Below are positions 1 through 12,417 of a DNA stretch of 64,000 bases, in pieces. The notes below the pieces were generated by a model. That model did no database searches, had not been told where the DNA came from, and saw only the letters and a program-made list of their open reading frames with translations. This stretch comes from an uncultured Thermoleophilia bacterium. Its GTDB lineage: Bacteria; Actinomycetota; Thermoleophilia; UBA2241. The stretch covers positions 50,683-114,682 of the forward strand of contig CAVYDV010000008.1 of the NCBI GenBank assembly GCA_963767505.1, in the 5' to 3' direction. Numbering within the stretch: position 1 is the stretch's first letter; each line of letters begins with the position of its first letter. The translations under genes were made by a program, and so were the position numbers.

Positions 1-345
1 AGGGTTCGGGCGAGAACATCTTCGCCGTGCGTCGCGGCGCGACTGGTGACGCCGCCGACCTGCGACGGCATCCTCGAGGGCATCACCCGCGACAGCGTCA
101 TGGAGATCGCCACGAGCCTGGGACTGGATGTCAGCGAGCGCACTCTCACGCGCAGCGACCTCGTGCTCTCGGACGAGCTGTTCTTCACCGGCACGGCGGC
201 CGAGATCGTGCCGATCCGCGAAGTCGACGACCACTTCATCAGCGAGCCCGGCCCTGTGACGCGGCGCATCCAGGACAAGTTCCATGCCATCGTCGGCGGT
301 CGCGACGACGAGTTCGCGCACTACATGGAGGCCGTGGAGGGCTGA
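1..345 (+). CDS. ilvE: Branched-chain amino acid aminotransferase, 3' part (starts before window)
   Basis: EGSGENIF...TPP...LEGITRDSV...DELFFTGTAAEIVPIREVD fold-type IV PLP motifs; one indel near nt 40. Confidence 0.9.
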   Translation, partial: RVRARTSSPCVAARLVTPPTCDGILEGITRDSVMEIATSLGLDVSERTLTRSDLVLSDELFFTGTAAEIVPIREVDDHFISEPGPVTRRIQDKFHAIVGGRDDEFAHYMEAVEG

Positions 346-356
346 GATGACCGGCC

Positions 357-1922
<1,566 letters not shown>

Positions 1923-1926
<4 letters not shown>

Positions 1927-2710
1927 GCGATCGCCTGCCGGGAGCCCCACCGTTCGGAGCGCTTGGGCGCGTCGCGGCGGGCGACGGCCAGCACTACTGC
2001 CGGTTCGTGCACGACATCGTCGAACTGCTCGACAGACCGGCCTGGGAACCCGGCGTCCGTCTGGTCGGTAAGGCTCCGCTCGCGCGAGTGGAGATGCTGG
2101 CGCCGGCCGTGCCCGGCAAGATCATCGCCGTCGGGCTCAACTACCGCGCCCACGCTGAGGAGTTCGAGATGGCCGTGCCGGCCGAGCCCATCCTCTTCAT
2201 GAAACCGCGCACGGCCGTGATCGGACCGGGTCAGACGATCGTGCGGCCGGCCCGTTCGTCCCGGGTCGACTACGAGGCTGAGCTTGCCGTCGTGGTGAGC
2301 CGGCCCTGCAAGAGACGTCTCGCCGGCTGAGGCCGCCGACTACGTCGCCGGCTACACCTGCGGCAACGACGTCACGGCCCGCGATCTGCAGAAGCTCGAT
2401 GGGCAGTGGACGCGCGCCAAGGGTTTCGACACCTTCTGCCCGCTCGGGCCGTGGCTGGTGACGGAGGCGCCGCCGCCGGAAGCGCGCGTGAGCGCGCTTC
2501 TGGACGGCGTGGAGGTGCAGCATGGGTCCGTCGGCGACATGGTCGTCTCGCCGCTCGAGCTGCTCTCGTTCGTGAGCGGGGTCATGACCCTCGATCCGGG
2601 CGACGTGGTCCTGACGGGGACGCCGCCCGGCGTCGGACCTCTGGCGGCTCGGGCAGGTGGTGACGATCTTCGTCGAGGGCATCGGCGCTCTCACCAGCCC
2701 CGTGGCCTGA
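1923..2710 (+). CDS. Fumarylacetoacetate hydrolase family protein (frameshifted)
   Basis: [61 protein letters not shown]. Confidence 0.88.
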
Positions 2711-2729
2711 GCCTTCGACTCGAGGCGGG

Positions 2730-3535
2730 TCAGGTCGGGGCCAGCGCGCCCGTCTCGCGGAGCAGACTGAGGAAGTCCGGCATGAGTGCGGGGGGCGCGG
2801 CCACCACGGCTGGACCCTTCCGGTTCACCACGGCGAGGAAGCGCACATCGGCTCCGGCCTCCCGCGCGATGACGCCGCCGGCCGCGTAGTCCCAGGGCGA
2901 CAGTCCGAGCTCCCAGTAGGCGTCCACTTGGCCGGCGGCGACGCGGCACAGGTCGAGCGCCGCCGACCCTCCCCGGCGGATGTCGCGCACCCTGCCGACG
3001 ACCCGCGACACGATCAGCCCCTGATGCTCCCGCTGAGCGGCTTCGTAGGAGAACCCTGTGGCCACGAGGGCATTCGAGACAGCGGGCGGCTCTCCCACCT
3101 GCAGCGGCCGGTCGTCGCAGACTGCTCCGAACCCCAGCAGGGCCCGGTACATGTGCTCCGCGCTTGAGTCGTAGACGACGCCGATCCGCGGCTCTCCGTC
3201 GATCTCCACGGCGATGGACACGGCAAAGGCGGGGTAGCCGTAGACGTAGTTGGTGGTCCCATCGAGCGGGTCGATCACCCAGCGCACGCCGGTCGTCCCG
3301 CTCTTCTGCGACCCCTCCTCCGCCAGTAGCGCGTCGTCCGGCCGGGCCTCCCTGAGCCGATCGACGATCAGCGTTCCGCCTCCCGATCGACTTGACTCAC
3401 GAGATCGCTCTGAGTGGACTTCGTCTCGATACGCAGGGCGCTTCTGAGACCGTCGACGTGGACCTGCCCCGCGTCGTAGGCGAGATCGCCGGCCAGTGCG
3501 AGGAGTTCCTGGAGATGGCGTGGGGCGGCGCTCAT
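2730..3535 (-). CDS. suhB: Inositol monophosphatase family protein (SuhB-like), one frameshift near 3375
   Basis: LLAEEG, WVIDPLDGTTNY, GSAALDLCRVAAG, WDYAAG; N-terminus MSAAPRHLQELLALAGDLAYDAG...KSTQSDLVSQVDREAE is in another frame from ATG 3535. Confidence 0.85.
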
Positions 3536-3871
3536 GCGGCCCTCTCAGGGCTCGACTGAGCCGGCACACTATCTGCTCCCCTGTGGGGCGCTTCGGCTAT
3601 GGCGGGATCTCCTCAGGGACTCGCCGGGCGGGACAGAGGATGCCACGGCGCTGCCGCCCGGCATCCCCAGGTGACGGTAGCAGATGCCCGGCGGCCTCAC
3701 CACACGGATCTGGCCGCGGCCCGTTTGCCGACGGCCGCCGCGGGCCGTTCGCCGCGCGGGGGTGGTCGCTCGTCGTGCGGGCTGCGCCGCGACGGCGCCA
3801 TGTCTCCGGCGCGCGGCCGCGGAGTGCCGTGCATCGCGATCGCGGTGATGGCCCGGCGCAGCGGTCCTCCG

Positions 3872-3880
3872 TGCTAGAAT
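3872..3880 (+). promoter_or_regulatory. Extended -10 promoter (TGcTAGAAT) for dnaE-his operon
   Basis: AT-rich TAGAAT with TG extension, 11 nt upstream of dnaE ATG; no SD, so near-leaderless. Confidence 0.6.
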
Positions 3881-3891
3881 CGATACCTTCA

Positions 3892-6800
3892 ATGGCCTCC
3901 GATTTCGTCCATCTTCACGTCCACAGCGAGTACTCGCTGCTCGACGGCGCCTGCCGTGTGAAGAGCCTCGTCCGGAGAGCCAAGGAGTTGGGCATGCCCG
4001 CGGTGGCGCTCACCGACCACGGTACTCTGGGCGGCGCCGTCAAGTTCTACAGCGCCGCCCTCGAAGAGGGCATCAAGCCCATCATCGGCCTGGAGCTCTA
4101 CATGGGCACGGACCGGCACTCGCGCGCAGGGGTCAAGGAGCGCAACGCCCACCTCACCCTCCTGGCTCGCAACGAGACCGGCTATCGCAACCTCGTCAAG
4201 CTCTCCACGCGCGCCTATCTCGAGGGCTACTACTACAAGCCGCGCGCCGACTGGGAGCTGCTCAGCGAGCACCACGAGGGCCTCATCGCGCTCACCGGCT
4301 GCCTCAGCGGGCGTGCCGCGCTACTGCTCAAGGACGGGAACGACGACGCCGCGCTCGCCGACGTGCGGCGCCTGGCGGAGCTGCTCGGCTCCGAGAACGT
4401 GTTCGTCGAGCTACAGGACGCCGGCCTGCCGGAGCAGCGCGAGATGCTCCCCAAGCTCGCTCTGCTCGCCGAGCGGGCCGGCCTGCGCACCGTAGCCACC
4501 AACGACGTGCACTACCTCTGCCACAACGACAGTCGCGCACACGACGCGTTGCTCTGCATCCAGACGCAGAGCAACCTCGCCGACGATGACCGCATGCGCT
4601 ACGGCAGCGACGAGTTCTACCTCAAGTCCGGCGATGAGATGGCCGAGCGCTTCCGGGAGTATCCCGGTGCCTGCGAGGCCACTGCCGAGATCGCCGAGCG
4701 CTGCAACGTGACGCTCGACTTCGGGGCGTCGCGCCTGCCCGCCTATCCCGTGCCGGAGGGACACACCGAGGCCTCGTACCTGCGCGAGCAGTGCGAGCGC
4801 GGTATCGAGCGCCGCTACGGCGCCGACCCCGGCCCGGCGGTGCGCGAGCGCCTCGACTTCGAGCTCGGCGTGATCGGCGAGATGGGCTTCGACGCCTACT
4901 TCCTGATCGTCTGGGACTTCATCAAGTTCGCCAAGGACAGCGGCATCGCCGTCGGTCCCGGACGCGGCTCGGCCGCCGGCAGCATCGTCGCCTACGCGCT
5001 CGCCATCACCGACCTCGATCCGCTCAAGTACGACCTGCTCTTCGAGCGCTTCCTCAACCCCGGCCGCAAGAGCATGCCCGACATCGACATCGATTTCTCG
5101 GTCGCGCGTCGCGACGAGGTCATCGAGTACGTGGCCGAGAAGTACGGGCGCGACCGCGTGGCGCAGATCATCACCTTCGGCACGATGGCGGCGCGCGCCG
5201 CAACGCGAGACGCGGCGCGCGTCATGGGCCTGCCCTACGCGGTCGGCGACAAGATCGCCAAGATGATCCCCGAGCAGGCGCCGCCGGCGACCTTCGCGCA
5301 GGCCATGCACGAGGGTTCGGAGCTGTACCAGGCGTGCGCGGCCGACGCTCAGGTCAAGGAGGTCGTCGACCTGGCGATGTCGTTCGAGGGCCTCATCCGC
5401 AACGACTCGATCCACGCGGCGGCGGTCGTCATCAGCGATCAGCCCCTCACCGACTACGTGCCCCTGCAGAAGAAGGGCGACGCCGAGCTCGTCACGCAGT
5501 TCGACATGAACGATGTCGCCAAGCTCGGTCTTCTCAAGATGGACTTCCTCGGTCTGCGCAACCTCGATGTCATCGAGGCCGCGCTCGAGATCATCGAGAA
5601 GACCGATGGGCTGTGCATCGAGATCGACAAGCTGCCGCTGGACGACCAGAAGACCTACGCGATGCTCGCCAGGGGCGACTCGACCGGCGTGTTCCAGTTC
5701 GAGAGTCCCGGCATGCGCGAGGCCCTGCGCGATGTGGCTCCGACGCGCTTCGAGGATCTCATCGCCATCGTCGCCCTGTACCGCCCCGGCCCGATGCAGT
5801 ACATCGCCACCTACGCCCGCAACAAGAAGAACCCGAGCGCGGTCGTGTACGACCACGAGGCCCTGCGGCCCATCCTCGAGCCCACGCACGGTGTGACCAT
5901 CTACCAGGAGCAGTACATGGCGATCGCCCGTCGGGTGGGCGGCTTCAGCCCTGCCCAGGCGGACGATCTGCGCAAGGCCATCAGCAAGAAGAACAAGGAA
6001 CTGATGGCCTCCCTCAAGGAGCCGCTGATGCAGGGCCTTGGCGCCAGCGGCGTGCCACCGGGAGTGGCCCAGAAGCTGTGGGCGAGCTTCGAGGCCACCG
6101 GCGACTACTCGTTCAACAAGAGCCACGCCGCCTGCTACGCGCTGATCAGCTATCGCACCGCCTGGCTCAAGGCGAACTACCCCGTCGAGTACATGGCGGC
6201 GCTCATCTCGAGCGTCATGAACACCAAGGACAAGGTGCCGTTCTACGTGAACCAGTGCCACGAGCTCGGCATCCAGGTGCTGCCGCCAGACGTGAACGAG
6301 AGCGACGTCGGCTTCACCGCGGTCGGGGGCAAGATCCGCTTCGGTCTAAACGCGGTGAAGGGCGTGGGGCGCGGCGCGATCGAGTCCATCATCGCCGCGC
6401 GCGCCGCCGGCCCTTTCACCTCGATCCACGACTTCTGTGGCCGCATCGACGCTCAGGTCGCCAACAAGCGCACTCTCGAGGCGCTCATTCGCAGCGGCGC
6501 CTTCGACAGTACCGGCGACCCGCGGCGCGGCATGCTCGAGACGCTCTCCGCCGCGATGGCCGGCGGCGAACGGCGGCGCAAGGACGCCGCGGACGGCCAG
6601 GGCGGGCTCTTCGATGTCCTGACCCCTGAGGACGCCCAGGAGCACGAGCCCCAGGTCCCCCAGCGTGAGTTCGACCAGGCGACCCTGCTCAAGGGTGAGA
6701 AGGAGGCCCTCGGACTCTACGTCTCGTCCCATCCGCTGCAGGGCTTGCGAGAGCAGCTGCGCGACGAGACCGAGGCGGCCGTGGCTGCCCTCGACGGCAG

Positions 6801-7303
6801 AGACGACGGTGAAGTCGTCTGGACGGGCGGCATCATCGCCAGCGCCCAGAAGAAGGTCAGCAAGAACGGCGGCGCGTGGCTCGCTTTCCGTCTCGAGGAC
6901 GTGGACGGCGGGGTCGCGTGCCGCGCCTGGCCCGCCGTGTTCGAACAATCCAAGGACCTTCTCGTCGAGGACGGCATCGTCAAGATCAAGGGGCGCGTCG
7001 AGCGCAAGGCCGAGGCCGAGACCACACTGATCGTCCTGGAGGTGCTTGCCTTTCAGCGGGGTCAGCGAGAACCGTCCGCTCACGGTCACCGTCGATGCCG
7101 CACGAGCGCTTCCCTCGGCGATCGACGACCTGCGGCGCGTCCTCGCCGACTTCCCCGGGCACGTGCCGGTGGTCGTACAGATGGTGGCGGACGATCGGCA
7201 GGCACGTCTGCGCGTCGGCGACGGCCTGCGCGTGGCGCCGGTCGCCGGTCTCTACGCGGAGCTCAAGGCGCTGCTCGGCGAGAGCTGCGTCGGGACGGGT
7301 TGA
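3892..7303 (+). CDS. dnaE: DNA polymerase III alpha subunit (frameshift near 7050)
   Basis: FVHLHVHSEYSLLDG PHP motif, GRGSAAGS, PDIDIDF, YSFNKSHAACY; C-terminal part continues in ORF 7046..7303. Confidence 0.96.
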
Positions 7304-7337
7304 TGAGGTCGAGCGCTGCGGCGTGGAGGGCGGACTG

Positions 7338-8549
7338 GTGATCCCAGAGGGCATGCGCGACATGCTGCCGCCCGAGACCGGCCAGCGGCGCGACGTCGAG
7401 GCGCTGTTGCTGCGCCGCTTCGAGACCTACGGCTACGGCGAGGTGATGACCCCGTGGCTCGAGTTCGCGGAGACCCTCGAGGTCGCCGGCGACGACACGC
7501 TCGAGGCAGGCTACCGTCTGTGGGACGAGCAAGGTCGACAGCTCATGGTGCGCACCGACATGACGGTGCCCGTGGCGCGCCTCGCAGCAGCTCGCTACGG
7601 CGACGGACCGCTGCCCTTGCGCTTGTCCTACGTTGCTCCGGCCATTCGTCCCTGGGCGCCGCAGCGCAGTCAGGACGGGGAGTTCGTACAGGCAGGGGCG
7701 GAGTTGCTGGGCCTGCGCTCGGCGGAGGCCGACGCCGAGGTCGTGACGCTGCTTTGCGACGCGCTCGGCAGCCTCGGCCTGCGCGACTACCGCGTCGCTC
7801 TCGGCACCGTCGCTTTCCATCGCGCGATGGTCGAGTCGCTTGGCTTGGCTGAGGACGATCGCACGAAGCTCCTCGAGGCGCTCGCCGACCGCGACTACCC
7901 GCTGCTCGAGAGCATCGCCGGCAAGTCGCAGCTCGGCGACGCGGCGCGCAAGATGCTGCAGCGGACCATCGAGCTGGGCGGGACGCGCGACAGCCTGGTG
8001 CAAGCTCGCAAGCTCGCCACCAGCCCAAGGATGGAGTCGGCGATCGATCAGCTCGTGGGCATCCACGACCTTGTGGAGGAGGCAGGCTACGGCGATGTCA
8101 TCACGTTCGACTTCGGCTTCTTTCAGGATCTGTCGTACTACAGCGACCTGGTCTTCGAGGCCTACGCGCCCGGTGTCGGGCTGCCCATCGCCTCGGGCGG
8201 CCGCTACGACGGACTGCTCTCCCGCTTCGACTGGGACCTGCCGGCGGTGGGATTCGCCATCGGGCTAGACCGCCTGGAAGAGGCTCTGGATGAGGCCGGT
8301 GTCTTGCCGATGACCAGACCGCCCGCCCTGGTCTTCGTCGGCGGCCTCGGGTCGCCGGCTCGCACGGCGGAGTTGCGGCACCTGGGCTGGTCGGTGGCGG
8401 CGCTGCCGAGCGATGCCGAGACGAGCTCACGGCCCTGTGTCTACCGAAATGGCAACACTTACCGGGTCGAGCTCGCTAACGGCAGAAGTGCTTCCGGGAA
8501 CTGGCGGGACGCGCTGGCCGCTCTGGGCCGCCCCGGGAGCTGCGCGTGA
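7338..8549 (+). CDS. hisZ: ATP phosphoribosyltransferase regulatory subunit
   Basis: IPEGMRDMLP, VRTDMTVPVAR, EFVQAGAEL, SYYSDLVF, ASGGRYDGLL, AVGFAIGLDRL (HisRS-like fold, no anticodon domain); GTG start with GGAGGG. Confidence 0.92.
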   Translation: MIPEGMRDMLPPETGQRRDVEALLLRRFETYGYGEVMTPWLEFAETLEVAGDDTLEAGYRLWDEQGRQLMVRTDMTVPVARLAAARYGDGPLPLRLSYVAPAIRPWAPQRSQDGEFVQAGAELLGLRSAEADAEVVTLLCDALGSLGLRDYRVALGTVAFHRAMVESLGLAEDDRTKLLEALADRDYPLLESIAGKSQLGDAARKMLQRTIELGGTRDSLVQARKLATSPRMESAIDQLVGIHDLVEEAGYGDVITFDFGFFQDLSYYSDLVFEAYAPGVGLPIASGGRYDGLLSRFDWDLPAVGFAIGLDRLEEALDEAGVLPMTRPPALVFVGGLGSPARTAELRHLGWSVAALPSDAETSSRPCVYRNGNTYRVELANGRSASGNWRDALAALGRPGSCA

Positions 8550-9163
8550 AGCTGGCCTTGGCCAGCGATGGCGCTACTGTGCCGTCCGACGTGATCGACC
8601 TGCTGGCCGCCGCCGGCCTGCCCACCGCGTCGCTGCGTTCGACGTCGGGCCCCGCACTGATCGCGGCGGACGGCATGGAATGGCTGGTGGCGTCAGGGGA
8701 GGACGTGCTGGCCGTCTGTGTGGCTGGGGGCGTGGACGCCGGTATCGTCGGCAAGGAACTGCTCCTCGAGCACGAGCTCGATCTCAGCGAGCTCCTCGAC
8801 CTCCAGGTCGCCAGTCAACGCCTCGTTTACGCCAAGGCTGCGTCTGGGACGCGGCCCGGACGCCATCGTCTGCGGATCGCGACGCGCTACCCGCGAGCGA
8901 CGCGTCGCCACTTCGCCCAGTCGGGGCGGCAGGTCGACCCATTGACTCTGGCCGCCCCCGGGCTTGCCGTCGAGCTCGGGCTCGCCGACGGCGTCGTCGA
9001 GCTCGAGCACCTGCTTCCACGAGGCGAGGCACAGTTGGTCGTCTGCGAGCAGATCGCCCTCTGCGGCGCTCGACTCGTGGCGGGACGCCAGGCTCGTGCG
9101 CTGCGAAGTGCAGGCCTTTCGACCCTGGTCGACAGCCTTCGAGCGGCCCAGGTGGAGATTTGA
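8546..9163 (+). CDS. hisG: Short-form ATP phosphoribosyltransferase homolog with degenerate active site
   Basis: Sits between hisZ and hisD; DAGIVGKELLLEH, ELLDL, RIATRYP, LGLADGVV match the HisG-short scaffold, but PKGR, GSVE and the DxxxTGxTL loop are absent. Confidence 0.8.
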   Translation: MKLALASDGATVPSDVIDLLAAAGLPTASLRSTSGPALIAADGMEWLVASGEDVLAVCVAGGVDAGIVGKELLLEHELDLSELLDLQVASQRLVYAKAASGTRPGRHRLRIATRYPRATRRHFAQSGRQVDPLTLAAPGLAVELGLADGVVELEHLLPRGEAQLVVCEQIALCGARLVAGRQARALRSAGLSTLVDSLRAAQVEI

Positions 9164-10425
9164 GGACACTGCTCTGGTCAGACGACCTTGCTGCTACGGT
9201 CGCCGCGCTGCGCGACTTCGCGCCGTCGGCGATGGGGGTGCGCGCTATCGTCGGCGCCATCGTCGAAGACGTGCGCGGGCGTGGCGACGAGGCCGTGAAG
9301 GCGCACACTGCGCGCCTCGACCGTGTCGATCTGCCTTCGGACTACGCCGTCTCGGCGGGGGAGAGGCGGCACGCCCTCGCGGAGCTGGCGCCCGCCCTGC
9401 GCGAGGCGCTCGAGCTCGCCGCCGCCAACATCCGCGAGTACCACCGGCGCGAGACGCCGACTGCCTGGCGCGCGGTGTTCCCTCAGGGGCAAGCGGTGGG
9501 GCAGGAGGTCGTCCCGCTGGCCGTCGCCGGCCTCTACGTGCCGGGCGGCCTGGCAAACTACCCCTCCTCCGTACTGATGACGGCCATCCCCGCCCAGGTC
9601 GCCGGTGTCGGCCGCATCGTCGCCTGCTCGCCCCCGCGCCAGGACGGCTGCGCGGCTGCGGGCGTGGCCGCCGCCTGCCAGCTCCTCGGCGTGGACGATC
9701 TCTACCCGATCGGCGGTGCGCAGGCGGTCGCGGCGATGGCCTACGGCACCGCTACGGTCCCGCGCTGTGACGTCATCGTGGGGCCGGGCAACGCCTACGT
9801 CACCGAGGCGAAGCGCCAGGTCATGGGCGAGGTTGGCATCGACGGTCTTGCCGGCCCCAGCGAGGTGCTTGTGGTCGCCGACGAGACGGCCTCGCCCGAG
9901 TGGCTGGCCGCCGACCTCCTCGCCCAGGCCGAGCACGGAGCGGGCTCGATGGCGTGCCTCGCCGACATCGGCGGCACGCTCGGCGAGGCCGTTGGTCGGG
10001 AGGTCGACAGGCTCGGATCAGAGCTCGGGATCGCGCACGAGAACGTGGCCGTCGTGGCCTGCCCCGATCGGAGTGCCGCCGTGGCGCTCTGCAACGTCTT
10101 CGGCCCCGAGCATCTGGAGCTGCACGTCGCCGACGCCGCGGCGCTGGTGCCTGCGATCCGCAACGCCGGCGCCGTCTTCGTGGGACCGTACGCCGCCACC
10201 GCATTCGCCGACTACGCCGCCGGCAGCAATCACGTGCTGCCGACCGGCGGCTCGGCGCGCTTCGCCCAAGGCCTCTCCGTGGCTGCTTTCCAGAAGCGGG
10301 TGGCTGTGGTAGAACTCGATCGCGCCGCCGCCGCGGCCCTCGCGGCGCACGTGGCGACGATCGCCGATGAGGAGGGACTCAGGGCGCACGCCCGCTCGGC
10401 CCGCCTCCGCCTCCATGAGGAGTAG
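9160..10425 (+). CDS. hisD: Histidinol dehydrogenase
   Basis: AGLYVPGG, GPGNAYVTEAKR, AGPSEV, LAQAEH, PEHLEL, DYAAGSNHVLPTGG; TTG start overlapping hisG stop. Confidence 0.93.
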   Translation: MRTLLWSDDLAATVAALRDFAPSAMGVRAIVGAIVEDVRGRGDEAVKAHTARLDRVDLPSDYAVSAGERRHALAELAPALREALELAAANIREYHRRETPTAWRAVFPQGQAVGQEVVPLAVAGLYVPGGLANYPSSVLMTAIPAQVAGVGRIVACSPPRQDGCAAAGVAAACQLLGVDDLYPIGGAQAVAAMAYGTATVPRCDVIVGPGNAYVTEAKRQVMGEVGIDGLAGPSEVLVVADETASPEWLAADLLAQAEHGAGSMACLADIGGTLGEAVGREVDRLGSELGIAHENVAVVACPDRSAAVALCNVFGPEHLELHVADAAALVPAIRNAGAVFVGPYAATAFADYAAGSNHVLPTGGSARFAQGLSVAAFQKRVAVVELDRAAAAALAAHVATIADEEGLRAHARSARLRLHEE

Positions 10426-10428
10426 GGC

Positions 10429-11017
10429 ATGACGCAGCGCCGCGCAGAGGTCCGCCGCACCACCAGCGAGACAGACATCGCCCTCACGCTCTGCATCGAC
10501 GGCTCCGGGAAGGCCGATGCGCAGACGGGCATCGGCTTCCTCGACCACATGCTCGAGCTGTTCGCGCACCACGGCGGCTTCGACCTCACCGTCAAGGCGG
10601 TGGGCGACCTCGACGTCGACGGTCACCACACCGTGGAGGACATCGGTCTGGCGCTCGGCCAGGCCTTCGATGAGGCGCTCGGCGAGAAGCGAGGCATCCG
10701 TCGCTACGGCTCGTTCCTGCTCCCCATGGATGAGGCCCTGGCGATGGTGGCGCTCGACCTGTCGGGGCGGCCGTACTTCGTGCACGATCTGCAGCTCGCC
10801 GGGATTCGCATCGGCGCGTTCGACGGCGAGCTGGCGGCCCACTTCTTCCGCTCCCTCGCGATGCAGGCCGGCCTCACGTTGCACATCCGCCTGCTGGCCG
10901 GAGGCGACGCTCACCACATCGTCGAGGCGGTCTTCAAAGGCGTCGCCCGGGCGCTCTCTCGAGGCCTGCGAGCGCACGACGGATGCGGGTGTGCCGTCCA
11001 CGAAGGGGATCCTCTGA
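10429..11017 (+). CDS. hisB: Imidazoleglycerol-phosphate dehydratase (indel near 10955; true end VPSTKGIL*)
   Basis: TGIGFLDHML, GDLDVDGHHTVED, PMDEAL, DAHHIVEAVFK, PSTKG. Confidence 0.93.
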
Positions 11018-11046
11018 CGCTGGCGCGGCACCCCGGCAGGCCTGTC

Positions 11047-11670
11047 GTGGCGGTCGTCGACTACGGCATGGGCAACCTCGCGAGCGTGATCAAGGCGCTC
11101 GAGCGCAGCGGCGCGGAGGCGCGCGTCACGGCAAGCACCACCGCGGTCCGCTCGGCCGCCGCGGTCGTGCTCCCCGGCGTCGGGGCCTTTCGCGACGCCG
11201 CCGAGCGGCTCGAGCGCAGCGGTCTCGGAGCCGCGGTCCTCGAGCGCATCACCGCCGGCGTGCCGTTCCTCGGCGTCTGCCTCGGCCTGCAGCTCTTGTT
11301 CGAGAGCAGCGAGGAGGGCGGTCGTTGGTCCGGTCTCGGTGTCTTCGGGGGCGCCGTCGAGCGGCTGGAGACGGCGCTCAAGGTGCCCCATATCGGCTGG
11401 AACGAGCTTGAGTGGACGGCGGCCGGTCGTGAGATGGCCGACGGCTTGCCCGACGGCGTCGCCGTCTACTTCGTGCACTCGTACGCCGCGTCTCCCACCG
11501 ACCCGTCGATCGTGGCTGCCACGACGGACTACGGCGGGTCGGTGGTCGCCGCGGTGGCGCGCGACAATGTCTGGGCGGTACAGTTCCATCCGGAGAAGAG
11601 CTCGCGTGCCGGTCTGCGCCTGCTGGCCGGGTTCGTGCAGCGCGTCCATCGGGAGGTGCGCACGTCATGA
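11047..11670 (+). CDS. hisH: Imidazole glycerol phosphate synthase glutaminase subunit
   Basis: VVDYGMGNLASV, LPGVGAF, GVCLGLQLL, VPHIGWN, YFVHSY, QFHPEKS; start approximate. Confidence 0.92.
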   Translation: MAVVDYGMGNLASVIKALERSGAEARVTASTTAVRSAAAVVLPGVGAFRDAAERLERSGLGAAVLERITAGVPFLGVCLGLQLLFESSEEGGRWSGLGVFGGAVERLETALKVPHIGWNELEWTAAGREMADGLPDGVAVYFVHSYAASPTDPSIVAATTDYGGSVVAAVARDNVWAVQFHPEKSSRAGLRLLAGFVQRVHREVRTS

Positions 11671-12392
11671 TCATCTTTCCGGCTGTCGACATCCAGGACG
11701 GCAAGGCCGTGCGCCTGCGGCGCGGCGACTTCGACGACGCCACGGTGTTCGGCAACGATCCGGTGGAGCTCGCGCGGCGCTGGCAGGCCGATGGTGCGGA
11801 GGCGCTGCACGTCGTCGACCTCGACGCGGCGCGCACCGGCGAGATGAGCAACGTCGACATCGTGGAGCGCATCGTCAAGGCCGTCGACATCCCCGTTCAG
11901 TACGGCGGCGGGGTGCGCAGCGCCAAGAGCCTCGCCTACATCGCGGGCATCGGCGTGCATTGGGTCGTGATGGGCACGGCCGCGATGACGGCGGCCGACC
12001 TTCTCGACTCGGCGCTCGCCTGGCTCGGCGATCGTCTCGTCGTCGGCATGGACTGCAGCGGCGGCATGGTCGCCACTCACGGCTGGCAGCGCCGCTCACA
12101 GATGTCCGCGACGCGCTTCCTGAAGATCCTCGAGGAGAAGGGGGTGAAGCGTGTCGTGTACACGGATGTGGCCCGCGACGGCATGCTCCGCGGGCCAGAC
12201 CTCGAGGGCCTGGAGGAGCTCGCCGCTTCGACGCCGCTGGAACTCATCATGTCGGGCGGCGTCACGTGGCTCGACGATCTGCGCCTGCTCGCCAAGCTCC
12301 CTGCGCCCAACGTCGTCGGCGTGATCGTCGGCCGCGCCCTCTATGAGGGCTCGTTCACGGTGGCCGAGGCGCAGGCCGTGTTCGCCGACTGA
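11667..12392 (+). CDS. hisA: ProFAR isomerase
   Basis: [50 protein letters not shown]. Confidence 0.93.
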   Translation: MIIFPAVDIQDGKAVRLRRGDFDDATVFGNDPVELARRWQADGAEALHVVDLDAARTGEMSNVDIVERIVKAVDIPVQYGGGVRSAKSLAYIAGIGVHWVVMGTAAMTAADLLDSALAWLGDRLVVGMDCSGGMVATHGWQRRSQMSATRFLKILEEKGVKRVVYTDVARDGMLRGPDLEGLEELAASTPLELIMSGGVTWLDDLRLLAKLPAPNVVGVIVGRALYEGSFTVAEAQAVFAD

Positions 12393-12417
12393 GCCTGCGT
12401 CGCGAAGGGGGCACGTC

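Noticed and set aside
2730-3535. IMPase-family gene as the missing histidinol-phosphatase HisN
   Set aside because: GSAALDLC and WDYAAG motifs are SuhB-like and the gene is divergent from the his operon; not excluded but unsupported.
3572-3871. 300-bp gap between divergent suhB and dnaE with small hairpins and short ORFs
   Set aside because: The GC-rich stems (e.g. GGATGCC/GGCATCC) are expected by chance, and the ORFs have no recognisable similarity.
3496-3891. Long N-terminal extensions on dnaE (and similarly hisD from 8413, hisZ from 6876, glyA from 15123)
   Set aside because: These are ORF-caller over-extensions in stop-poor GC-rich DNA; homology, SD and promoter positions mark later starts.
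4411-6261. Long antisense or alternate-frame ORFs (also 41791..43329, 49805..51070, 57542..58816 and many others)
   Set aside because: Shadow ORFs of high-GC3 genes with no recognisable motifs.
10429-11670. Apparent HisB-HisH fusion (413-aa ORF)
   Set aside because: The normal HisB end (VPSTKGIL*) is present in another frame, stopping at 11017; one indel near 10955 explains the fusion.
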